Assembly: GCF_001194135.2 (NCBI RefSeq)
Contig: NC_068988.1
Span: 3,743,245 to 3,807,244 of the forward strand
Length of the DNA: 64,000 bases
DNA from: Octopus bimaculoides
Taxonomy: Eukaryota
Direction: 5' to 3'
The position numbers were made by a program, and so were the translations under genes. Shown here piece after piece: positions 50,700-62,520 of this stretch. The notes below the pieces were generated by a model. That model ran no database searches and was not told the DNA's origin. It saw nothing but the letters and a program-made list of their open reading frames with translations. How positions within the stretch are numbered: position 1 is the first letter of the stretch; each line of letters begins with the position of its first letter.

Positions 50700-51438
50700 A
50701 TTCTGTTTCCTCTAATTTGAGCACTTCTGCCAGAATACCATGAATGCCAGGAATTTTTCCATTTTTAAGTTTGTGTAAAACATTGTTTCAGTAGGTTGCT
50801 GATAGCATATTTTACCGGAATTGGTGGAGGTGTGAGATGGAGGTGTAAAGAATGGACTGAAAGACAGTGGGGGTTAGACACACCTTAAGAAAGCTTAACT
50901 AACCTCAGTTCTTAGTTTATATCAAAAGGGTTTAAGAATCACACTGTATACACTTCATGAACCCTACTTCTGATGCTAAATTTGTCGCTTTTGAACCAAA
51001 AGCCTTGTGGAATATTAGAAACCATGTGTGAAGCTCATGTGACCAATGATGGGGAATGGGGAGAGAGAGAGATTGTTAATGTGACACTGATTGATAATTT
51101 TGTAAGATTGTCATGACAGAGTGGTTTGGAGACATTTATGAATGAGATAGAAACCTTGCTTAGGATGTAGCCAATAAGATGGCGGAAGATAGATGAACAA
51201 GAAGAGAGAGACTGAGAGAACCTTTGTGGGAAAAGCAGTGAAGAATAGAGGAATAATTTAAGGGACATGGGATAAAAAGCATCATGGCCGCAACAAAATG
51301 ACTGAAACAAGTAATAGATAAAAGATATATTTTTGTGCTGTGTGCACGTGTGTGTGTATGTGTGCTTAAGAAGCTAAGTTTGCAACTTCACAATTAGCAA
51401 CTAGAGTTGCTATGAATGCAAATAAAAATCCAAATTAA

Positions 51439-51752
51439 GGGAGTGGAATGGTTAAAATCCAGGCTACATATGTTTCTTAGCTAGCCAAGCCTCTGGAATG
51501 GGAGCCCAACTAATCTAATCATCAGGCCAAGAATACTTTCATTACATAAAGGTTGCATTGTTGCTTCAACTCACATCTAGAGTAAGTTAACTTGGAATTC
51601 CAAGCAACAATGTAACCTTCATATAATTAGGGCATTTTAAACCTGACGATATGATCAACTGAGCACTTCCCATGGAGTAATTATTATATCAAAGGATCAG
51701 CTAGCTAAGAGGCATATGTAGCCATAGCCTGGATTTTACCCATTCCACTCCC
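51439..51752. mobile_element. Near-palindromic MITE, Kolobok-like
   Basis: TIRs of about 47-53 bp, gggagtggaatggttaaaatccaggcta...cttagctagc and its reverse complement at 51700-51752 (6-bp indel). Flanks TTAA / TCAA. A second internal inverted pair: attacataaaggttgcattgttgctt vs aagcaacaatgtaaccttcatataat. TTAA targets with purine-purine termini are typical of Kolobok. Confidence 0.6.
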
Positions 51753-51758
51753 TCAATT

Positions 51759-51804
<46 letters not shown>

Positions 51805-51836
51805 NNNNNNNNNNNNNNNNNNTATATACAAAACTA

Positions 51837-52386
51837 AGAGGAATGACCAGCAAAAGTGAAATTATTTTTGTAAGTAATATAATTTTAATCTTCGGATTTT
51901 TTTTTAATATGCTAGACCAGTGGTTCTAATTGATTAATATCAATTTCTACCTTCATAAATAAATTTTATACAATAATGTTCTCAAACCGGCAAGTTAGCT
52001 GCAAAAATTTATTAACTACAGAATTATTTCCGGATTTAGCAGGCCAGATTGAAGACATTTGAAAGGATACACTGAATGTAATTTGTAGAACTCTACACGT
52101 GCTCCCTTTCGGGTGGACGTCCTGTGTCTAGTTCTGGAAATTACATCGTAAATCAACAGACTACGCTGACGATCCTGCAGATATTTACTTATGTAAATTT
52201 TAACAGGTGAAACCATGGTACGTAGGTTAATCGTTGTTTTTATTTAGTATTTTTTCATTTGTCTTGCCCTTTTACAGTCTGTTGTGTCGCTGAATTTTTA
52301 CTGAGAACATATAATTTTTTTCGTGGTTAGATGATTCGGCATCTATTTCTAGCATATAGGAGTCCACTTTTGCTGGTCATTCCTCT
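51837..52386. mobile_element. 550-bp element with perfect 22-bp TIRs flanked by TA
   Basis: TA-agaggaatgaccagcaaaagtg (51835-51858) and cacttttgctggtcattcctct-TA (52365-52388) are exact reverse complements. Confidence 0.7.
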
Positions 52387-53459
52387 TATTTTTGTATGTA
52401 ATATAATTTTAATCTTCGGATTTTTTTTAATATGCTAGACTACTGGTTCTAATGGATTAATATCAATTTCTACCCTCATAAATAAATNNNNNNNNNNNNN
52501 NNNNNNNNNNNNNNNNNNNNNNNNNNNAAAGAGAGAGATAGAAAAAGAGAGTGAGAGATAAAGCCATGTTTTTTTCAATGTTTATTACCTCAAAATCTAA
52601 AAGCATTCTGTTCTCACCTTCCATAATTGTTTGTAAAATTCAAAATATGAAGATGTGTAGTAACTAATCCAACACAACTATAGCCTTATACTCGCTGCCA
52701 TCACACACACACACACACACACACACCAAGGTAGTTATTAAATCACCTCTTTCTGTACAGCATTTCTTATTGCTTGTGAAACATGACAGACTATTTTAAA
52801 ATCTATTTCATATTTCTCTTCATATTAATTTTCAAACAGAATCATTTTGTTGAGCTTAATTTCAATTGATTGTTTTAAAGATTTAAACAAAATAAAAATT
52901 AAACAAACAAACAAGAGCCTGTCAAATGTTCATCAAATATTTGGAAATGTTTAGTGTTGGAATAACACTTGATAATCACTTCAAGTAAAATAAGAATCTA
53001 AAATATAACAAATAAATTGATTACCTGGAAATCTTTTAGTAAAGAAAAATCTGATTAGTGTCATTAAGACAGATTTTTGAAGTGTTTTTACAATATCACA
53101 TTTTAATTACTTATGCATATTTATTTCAAGATTGGAGATACAATTGGTTGATGCTGTAAGATGGGTGACTAACAGGCTAACAGTCACTGGTTCAGGTTTA
53201 GTTATCTGATTTGCACTCTTGAGTATGGCCAAGATTCGCTGGCTCAGTATATCTCATTGTAAATAGGTACAACAGTAAAGTACAACTACAAACAAAAATA
53301 GTTTGTAATTAATAGCTGTAATTAGTAACTGTTTGTTAGTTTAATTTTTCTGTAGGACATTGGGAAAGTAGTCCTAACTTTTCTCTAATATTCAGCTTCA
53401 GATTGAATACCTTAATTATCTCAGTAAAGCTCACTATTGGATACAAACCCTGTGGTTCG

Positions 53460-53497
<38 letters not shown>

Positions 53498-54841
53498 AAG
53501 CTTTATGGAATTGTGGGAGTACAACTGACTCTGATGCAATAGATGAAGACATCAAGATCTGAAATTTTACTTCTTCGTTAACTTTTGTAAAGTCATACAT
53601 CTATAAATACCAGCAGACTACGTATATTTTTTGAGAAATTTTGATATATGCAGTCAGTGAGAAATGTGTGCAAGAGGACATTCAGACATGGAAAGCAATT
53701 ATAAGCCCAAAATGTCAAATCTTACAGTTGGAGTTAGATGTTGTAGTGCATAAGCAGTAGAAGTATATAACCCATAACATCATAATAAAAAGACAGACAT
53801 TAAAACAATTTGTAGTGCCACCTGGTGATTAGTTAGTGCAAGGGAGATAATCATTTCTACATAATATTTGGAGGGATTAGAAGTTTGAATTTGAAATTGA
53901 GGAAGAAAAAAGATGATGCATACAATAAACTTATTTAGATTATTTAATACTGCAAATTTAGTGGAAAGACGTTATTTGAATAAACAACTGTCTTTTGAAA
54001 AAAAAAAAAACAACTGGAAAGATAAAAGGCAAAGTCAGTTCTACATAGATTTGAACTCAGAATGTAGGCTGGTGTAGCTATTCAATAAAAACTGCTGCAA
54101 TGATTCCTACCACTCAGCCATTCTAAATAAGAATCATAGAACAAAAAAAAATATTAAAAAATACATCACTAAATCTAAATCAACAGATATTTCTGTTGAA
54201 AACTGGTAATTTCAAGTCATCATAATAAAACTTCACAAAAAGGTCTAAGTCGACTGACTGAAATGATGCAGGACAAAGAGAGTGGCAGCCAAGACCAGAA
54301 TACAAAGGTTATGGCTAGCTTCCAGATTTTATTTAATTAATTCATTATATTCATTATAAAATATGATACAAATTTACCAGGCTTTTACATTCATTCAAAC
54401 TTAAATGTTTGATCTTTAGAGAAATGAAAGCTAATATTATTTTTATCGCAATTTTTTATTGTATTCTATTATATTAATCCTTGTAGATTACATGTTATTT
54501 TTAAAGATTTACTATTTTGAAGTTCTAATTTAATATGAGTTTACATATACATACAGATGTATGTTTGTGTGTGTGTGCACATGCTTGTGTGTGTGTGCTT
54601 GCATGTATTACATACATATGCACATATACATAAAGACACACATACATATATACACACATAGGAACACACACACACAGACAGACACTCATAGGTGCAGATA
54701 TAACTGTGTGGTTAAGATGTTTTCTATCAAGTCACATGGTTTCAGTCATGGTTCAATCCCATAGCATAGCATATTGGGCCAATGTTTTCTCTTTTAGCCC
54801 CAGCTCAACCAAAGTCCTGTGAGTGCATTTAATAGACACTC

Positions 54842-54873
<32 letters not shown>

Positions 54874-55023
54874 NNNNNNNNNNNNNNNNNNNNNNNNNNN
54901 NNNNNNNNNNNNNNNNNNNNNNNNNNNNNNNNNNNNNNNNNNNNNNNNNNNNNNNNNNNNNNNNNNNNNNNNNNNNNNNNNNNNNNNNNNNNNNNNNNNN
55001 NNNNNNNNNNNNNNNNNNNNNNN

Positions 55024-55068
<45 letters not shown>

Positions 55069-55105
55069 GATAGAGAAAGCTTATCTATCTATTGGTTTAC
55101 ACACA

Positions 55106-55605
55106 CACAAGAGTTGGCTGAAGAGTCAATAGGCTGACCAAGACACTCCCATGGAATCTGACCAAATGAGACCCCCTTGCAGTTCTCACACTTCTTCCAT
55201 CCGTTTTGCAGTATTTGGATCCCATTGGTCAAGAAGCTTTCATTCTGTCGGTCAAAAAACTCATAAACAGCAGATATGGCATCATCATCATCACTGCGAT
55301 AATGGTTTCCAGCCAAGTGTTTTTCCATGTTGGGGAACAGATGTAGCCATATGGGGGTGGGGTGATCAACCACTTCAAGGCTGCAGTCATGCACAGCATC
55401 CAATGAAACTAAGGACTTATGTACTGGAGTATTATCTTGATGAAACAAGACCTCTTCCATCAGTTTTCTTGAGCATTTGGTCTTGATAACCTTTTGTGAC
55501 TGCTTCAGTAAGTTGGCATAGTAGACATCATTGATGGTGTGGCCTTTTTTGAAGATAGCCAATAGACACAATGCCTTTTGCATCCCAAAAAACCGAGGCC
55601 AAAAA
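55106..55605 (-). mobile_element. Mariner (DD34D-type) transposase 3' remnant with one TIR
   Basis: ASVFWDAKGIVSIGYL/HTINDVYYANLL...VLFHQDNTPVH...VVDHPTPIWLHLFPNMEKHLAGNHYRSDDDDAISAV...GWKKC. The YSPDLAPSD motif is deleted. TIR-like cacaagagttggctgaagagtcaatagg at about 55106-55133. Confidence 0.85.
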
Positions 55606-55796
55606 TTGAGGTATCAATGGGTAAGCAATCTCCACGGCTGGATTCAGGCAAATATGTCCTCAGGCTAAGCTGGCCAGACAACAACATTGGTAACAGTTGA
55701 ATGTGATGACAAGCAACAAGTAGTCCTCATGAGAAAATGCAAAATGTTTTTTGGCAACAGGGTATATATATATGAATGTTCATGCATCCACACACC

Positions 55797-55832
<36 letters not shown>

Positions 55833-55924
55833 GCAACCAAACATCTCTCTCTCCCCACAAATGAAAGGATGATTGTATGATTCATGTATACAAACAACAA
55901 TTCTACATGCAAGTGAAACCTGGG

Positions 55925-56490
55925 CCCTGAATGCAGGGGACATGTGGAGACTAGAGAGGAATGAAGCTCGTATGTTCCACTGGGTGTGCAGCCATTAGTG
56001 CACATGTATAACGGAATACTAGTGTATTGAGGGAAATAGATGCAGTGTGCAAGAGAGAATACTGTGCTGGTTTGGTCGTGTGATGCATATGGAAGTAGGT
56101 AGTTGCATACAGAAGTGCCGATCACTTAAAATGGATGGAACTGATGAAAGGAAGACATGAGATCGAGAACTGAAGCCTGGGATATCCAGTGCTTTACTAT
56201 ACCTAAGATGATGTGTCCACTACAGCAGTATTAATACTGATAATGGTGCCATGTAAACAGCACTGGTGCTGGTCTCACATTAAAAGCATTGGTAGTTGTG
56301 CCATTGAAAAATCCCCCACTGCACTCTTTAAAGTGGTTGGTGTTAGGAAGGGCATCCAGTCATAGAAATCACACCAGGGTAGGCAATGGAATCTGGTGTG
56401 GTACCCGGTCTTACCAGCTCCTGTCAAATCATCCAACCCATGCCAGTATGGAAAACGGACGTTAAATGATGAGGATGATGGTGCTGATGA
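55925..56490 (+). mobile_element. 5'-truncated RTE-clade LINE: end of ORF plus 3' UTR and (GAT)n tail
   Basis: DMWRLERNEARMFHW and VQERILCWFGRVMHMEVGSCIQKCRSLKMDG match the RTE RLxWFGHVxRM C-terminal motif, followed by the family A tail ...ggaagggcatccag...ggacgttaaatgatgaggatgatg. Confidence 0.8.
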
Positions 56491-59319
56491 TGATGATAAT
56501 GATGTATGTGTGGTACTGGTGGACCATATATATATATATATATCAACACCAGATGAAGGCTCCTCAACTTTTTCCTGCACATATAATTCGTTTGTAGTGA
56601 CGATCAAATGTTTGTGCTGTACATTAGCTCTCACTCTCTCTCTCCATCAAACTGACATTACCTGTACAGGTGTGACAGTATGCTACATCTGACATGTAGC
56701 ACCAAAAGGAAGTCTTCTGTGATCTAAACCTGAAAAAGTATGTCTAAGACACTGGTGAGCCAGTTCATACATCATAGATATTTCTTCCACCGTTACATTT
56801 GGTGCCTAGCTTCCACTTCTATGGAAATGTTAAATGCCAGTGAATGGGCAAGAGACATGAAGAGGAGTATCTTCAGACTGACCATATGAAAATGTAACTT
56901 ACATAAACACAAATATATGAGAAACATACTAAGCAATTTAGTTTCCAATCAAACATACACGTAGTTACACACATTCACATAAACAAGCTTCTAATCAGAA
57001 TTCAGCTGGGAGAAGCATTAATAATAATAATAATAATAATATTGCCCATCACAAGCATCATCAATAGAAGGAAGGGAGTGAACAAAGCTATTAGAGCAAA
57101 CACTGGCTGTGACAACAACAAATATATAAACATTATGTTAGTGAGGTAGATTATAATGATAATAGTATTTATACGAACTAAACAATAATTACAGCTAACG
57201 AACAAATATCAGGCGCTTCATTGTAATAACACAAACAACTACCATCCCATCACAGTTGTCACTAGAATATTTATTGCTACTTGGTAATATGTTTGAAAAA
57301 TTTTTGTGGTTTTATATAAAATTTAATGTCATTCTCGCTGCTGACAGCAAAATTAAATGTAAAAACATAATTTAAGTACATATTTTTAGCTGTTTTATTT
57401 CATTATATTTTTCATCTTTCTTCTAAACTATTTTTTTTTTTTTTTTACCAGTTTGATATATTCTTAATATTTTGTTGAAATAATGACACTAATAATACAC
57501 AGCAACAGTGACAATAGAAACAAAAACCTCAGTGAAATGTGTTTAAAAGAAAGATGTTTTAAAAGATGTTGTCGTCATATGGTTGAATACAATATGACAC
57601 TTTTTAAACACCTATTTTAGATTTTGTGTCGTGGTTAGACATGTTTATCAAACATTTCCTTTATCAACAATTAAAAATCTATTTGTCTTTGTCAGCAACA
57701 GGATATATATGTTTATGTGTAACCACATACACAAATACACACATTTGTGTATACATATATATATGTGTGTATATGTGCATGTGAGTACACTTGTTTTCAT
57801 GTACAAATGGAAAAAAGCATTCATTATATGAAGCAGAGTTTATAACAATTGGAAGAGATTCGGTATGTTACTAAGTTACTCAAAGTTTCACACAAGGTGT
57901 GTAATTGTGATCTTTCCAATGATATTTTGAGAGTCAATGGAAGATGTAATGTCCGTTGGTGTACATGCATGGTTGGCCTCATTTATCAAGCATATTGTGA
58001 TCGGAAAGGCTACTATTGTTTGAATTAGTCTGCTGCAATGGCCAGTGACTTAGAGTTATCTTTAAAGACAATCACTTGGTGAAGCTGATTTTTAGATGCC
58101 ATGTTTTGGCATTGATTTCAGTGTGTTAGAGAAATAAATTTCTATCCCACTGGCAACAATGGAACACTTTTTTCCAGTAAAAAGATGTCTCAGGATATTT
58201 CATGATTTGAAACTTATCAGTTAAGTTTGGCCTGCTGTTCCATGTCTCTAAAATATGGTTTGCCCTCCCCTCTTTCCCTCTCCCCCCTTATCAATGTACT
58301 ATGTTAGACTCTTGTCATTGAGTTTCCAGACGTTTTAAGACAGACATGGAATTCTTTCCAGGTTTTTTTAATTGAACACTTACATGCTGGAGGAACTAAC
58401 CCTTGAAGGTCTCCTCTATCAAACCCATAATATATTTTACAATATCATCTGAAGATGTTACATTTCTTAGAATATGGCCTTTTAAAGAGGATGGAACCAC
58501 TATCAAAAATCTATTTACGTGAATGGACATGTAAGTAGATTTTGACAGCAACAGGTTAACTGATGCAATGGTTATTGTGTATAGGTGTATTTTGTGGTGA
58601 TAGGTGTGTTTGTGGTGAGAGAGACAGAAGTGAGTGAGGAGGGAGGATAGATCAGAAAGTATGAGGATGATGTGCAAGGTATAAGAGTGGTGAGGAGGGA
58701 GATGTAGGGATACATAAGGGTGGCTGTAGTGAGTGGATATGAGAGAGCACTGAAACTGATAGCAAATATGAGAGGTGTTAAAGATGAGGCATAGCAGAAA
58801 AGAAAGGAGGATTACTGAAGACACAAAAAGGACAGGAAGTGCTTGGAGAAAATAATGTGGGAAGAAATGATACTGATGAAGGATGGAAGTCATTCAAGGG
58901 AAGAAGGAGGGAACTAATAGTGTACAGAATGGGGGTGGGGAATGTAATACTAATTCTGCTCTTAAGGAATAACGGGAGCTCAGTGGTGCCATAGACAGAA
59001 GAGTGATGGAGGAATAGGTGTTAGGATTAAGAATTTCAGGGAATACTTGATGAAGAGAATGAGTGCAAAGCTTCATAATGTGGCTAATCTATATATCAGC
59101 TGGAAATTAAAGCCAACAGGAGAAATGAATCTGGAGTATACGCAGCCTTTCCATTAGGTAAGGGCATGAGGGAGAGAGAGAGAGAGAAGGAGAGGGAAAG
59201 AGAGAGAGATGTGATGCAAATGATGAGGAGTTACATATGAGTGATTGAACAAAACAAAAAACATAGACTTATCTGGCTGGAGATTCGCAAAGGTGTGTGT
59301 GTGTGTGTGTGTGTGTATT

Positions 59320-59366
<47 letters not shown>

Positions 59367-59454
59367 GAAAATTAAAAATAACAAAACAGCAAACATCAAA
59401 AGGACGTACACATGGAATAGATTAGCTTGACACTCAGAGTATAAAATGGAAGAA

Positions 59455-59500
59455 AAAGTGGGTGTATAATGTTTTGAGCATGGCTCTTCATCAGAAAGAA
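59455..59500 (-). ncRNA. Decayed minimal hammerhead motif in a Penelope-like terminal repeat
   Basis: Minus strand ttctttCTGATGAagagccatgctcAAAACAT. Core CUGAUGA intact; stem II GAGC/GCUC. Two CpG-type G>A changes separate it from ...ctcGAAACGT. Confidence 0.45.
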
Positions 59501-59689
59501 AAGAGAGGAAAGGTCCAGAGAAGGAAAGAAAAGACCAAGAGAAGCATGTGTGCGGTTTCATGGCTCAAACACTTACACACACACATATATGCACACACAT
59601 ATATATACTCATATATGACGGGTTCCGCTGTCAAAGACGATGTATGACAGGTTTTTTTTTTATGGAATGGTCTGCACAAATGAATTCTT

Positions 59690-59917
59690 TATCGCAATGA
59701 AATGTTCATGCTGCACATTAGCTCACTCTCTCCATCAAATGAACGTTGTCTGAAGAGGTGCAACAGGTGTGCCATGCATCAGGTGTTGAAGTGATCGCAG
59801 ACCAACACAAGATTAAGTTTTTGCTCAAGAACACAATGCACCACCCAGTCTAGGAATTGAAATCATGATCGCTAGGTTGTGAGTGCAACACCCTAACTAC
59901 TAAGCCATGTGCCTACA
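59690..59917 (-). mobile_element. tRNA-derived SINE (further family)
   Basis: Reverse complement begins gtaggcacatggcttagtagttagggtgttgcactcacaacc...gatttcaattcctagac...gtgttcttgagcaaaaac. A related fragment lies at about 56590-56690. Confidence 0.65.
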
Positions 59918-59981
59918 CTATACACACACACACACACACACATACATGCATACATATATATATATATATATNNNNNNNNNN

Positions 59982-60014
<33 letters not shown>

Positions 60015-60029
60015 TCTCTTTTTATTCTT

Positions 60030-60176
60030 TTTCTGTTCATTTCCTCGTGTTCCTTTCTGTTGAAGAGTGTAGACTCCAGATGTAACAGACTTTCTCACCT
60101 TCCTGAGCATCAAACTAATACGCCTGCTTGTTGTTTACACACCAACCTTCGCCTTTTGTTTTTCTGTAAATTTCAA

Positions 60177-60179
<3 letters not shown>
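60030..60179 (+). mobile_element. Second copy of the Penelope-like terminal repeat with a more decayed hammerhead
   Basis: cctttCTGTTGAagagtgtagactcCAGATGTAacagac...ctgagcatcaaactaat aligns with the minus-strand copy (ctgagtgtcaagctaat at about 59420-59440). Confidence 0.45.
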
Positions 60180-60235
<56 letters not shown>

Positions 60236-60236
60236 N

Positions 60237-60590
60237 NNNNNNNNNNNNNNNNNNNNNNNNNNNNNNNNNNNNNNNNNNNNNNNNNNNNNNNNNNNNNNNN
60301 NNNNNNNNNNNNNNNNNNNNNNNNNNNNNNNNNNNNNNNNNNNNNNNNNNNNNNNNNNNNNNNNNNNNNNNNNNNNNNNNNNNNNNNNNNNNNNNNNNNN
60401 NNNNNNNNNNNNNNNNNNNNNNNNNNNNNNNNNNNNNNNNNNNNNNNNNNNNNNNNNNNNNNNNNNNNNNNNNNNNNNNNNNNNNNNNNNNNNNNNNNNN
60501 NNNNNNNNNNNNNNNNNNNNNNNNNNNNNNNNNNNNNNNNNNNNNNNNNNNNNNNNNNNNNNNNNNNNNNNNNNNNNNNNNNNNNNNNNN
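60237..60590. other. Assembly gap (largest of 11 N runs)
   Basis: Other N runs: 6724-6733, 9479-9488, 10157-10433, 12670-12679, 22997-23274, 32550-32559, 51805-51822, 52488-52527, 54873-55023, 59972-59981. Most abut TA/TG microsatellites. Confidence 0.95.
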
Positions 60591-60643
<53 letters not shown>

Positions 60644-61703
60644 GTATGTATGTATACTGACAGAGACAAAATCAACCTGGTTGACAAATGTAGAGGAACG
60701 AACTCAAATAATTACAGAAATATTTAGTCTGCTGCACTTTATTTTGTACTAAATGCCACATCATCATCATCATGCTTAATATTCTTTTTTTCCCCCATTG
60801 ATATGGTTGAGTTTCATCATCTGTCTCAGTTATGTGTTACAGGAAAAAACCCAACCGGTGCATATATGAGAGTATTGCATGAGTGTAAGAGCCAGGGCGC
60901 CTTTGGGGTGTCAGATGACACAATTTGGTAAAGGGTACAAATTTGATCATACCTGCAGGGGTTTGAACTTAGAAGGTAAAGGGACTTTACTTACTACTAG
61001 ATATGACATTTTATGTGGTGTTGGTAGTCTGATGTGGTTATCATACAGCAACGATATTGACGCTGATGATGATGATGATGACAATGGTAACAATGATGAT
61101 GATGCTGATGACGGGGATGTCGATGATGACGATGATGATGATAATGATTGTGAAAAGAAATTGTAAAAATATTCTAAAATGTTTATCTATCTGAAACCAA
61201 GAAAATAAATTGATTTTTATCATTGTCCCTTCATTAATATTAGACTAAAATATTCAAAACAATTTATCTTAGTATCCTGAAAAATAGTTTACTTTTTATT
61301 ATTCAACTCAACTCTTCTATACCCCCCCTCCACACACACACACATAAACACAGCACACACACGCACATACAAACACAATACAAATAATGCACACACAAAA
61401 ATCTAGCCAAACGTGATTTGCTTGTTGTTTTATATTTAAAATAAAATGACATTATTGTTGTTGTAAGTTTTTCTTGAAATTGGGAAGTAAATCTTCAAAG
61501 TTCAACAGTTCTGTCTGTGTTTCTGCTGATATATTTGCAAAGTATTTCAAGAACAATACAAATGATTAATCTTGTGAAATGTAGCAATTTATAAACGTTT
61601 GATTAATTCTTCTTACAGGAACCTATGCAATATGTCACTCAGCTATTAGGGAAAAGATATACTACACACTATGGAAACAGTGACCATTGTCAAGATTTAT
61701 CAT

Positions 61704-61737
<34 letters not shown>

Positions 61738-62217
61738 CCACCACCATCATCACAATCATCATAAGCATCATAAGCATCACAATCAGCATCAGAATTTAAT
61801 TCAATGACTTTAACATCCATTTTCTTACCACCACCAACCCTGCCACTGCTACCCCACTGCCACTACCACCACTAACTTAGCTGATTTTTATCTCAGAAGG
61901 TTTTATATAATCTTAGGTGGAAAAAAACAAAATGAAAATTCAGTTAAATTTATAAAACACATTTGATAATATTTTGTAAATTAAATTGTAGGAAAATAAA
62001 GAGGAAATATCTATTTTTATAACTAAAACCTTCTCAACAGACCTGGGTATCTACGTTGAGTACACCAGTTGGTTATCCATTTCAACAATTTTGTTTATTC
62101 TTCTCTTAGAACATTCTTTCTAGCAAAATAATTTCATGGTTATTTCTTTCTGCACAAATGAAAGAGAATGGATATACTTTCTCAATTTGATACAAATAGA
62201 AACCAAATCAAACACTA

Positions 62218-62520
62218 CTATCATCATCATTTAACATCCATTTTCCATGCTAATATGGGTTGGACATTTTGATACCAGGCTCCACTTGTCCATCTTGGCA
62301 TGGTTTCTATGGCTGGAGGCCCTTCCTAATGCCAACCATTTTACAAAGTGTACCGGGTGCTTTTCATGTGGTACCAACACAGGTACATTTTACATGGCTT
62401 CAACACAGGTGCTTTTCATGTGATCCAGCACAAGAGCTTTTAACATGACACCTCCACAAATGGGTGCTTGCGTGACACCAACACCAGTGGTGTCACCCAG
62501 CAGCTAGCAAGACAAGGATC
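62218..62520 (-). mobile_element. Family A element with an internal array of 21-26-bp subrepeats
   Basis: (cat)n ttaacatcc...ggcccttcctaatgccaacc, then repeated ggtgcttttcatgtggtaccaacaca-like units at about 62356-62490. Confidence 0.7.

Noticed and set aside
51168-51189. CCAAT + YY1 (AAGATGGCGG) + ETS-like motif cluster; similar aatggcgacc near 35758
   Set aside because: Short motifs in purine-rich, probably repeat-derived sequence with no other promoter evidence.
58396-58893. 165-aa minus-strand ORF
   Set aside because: Low-complexity pyrimidine-rich strand giving His/Leu/Ser bias; no recognisable domain.
61625-61807. Poly-His ORF (and the poly-Asp ORF at 60879-61166)
   Set aside because: (CAT)n/(GAT)n microsatellites; no splice or domain support.
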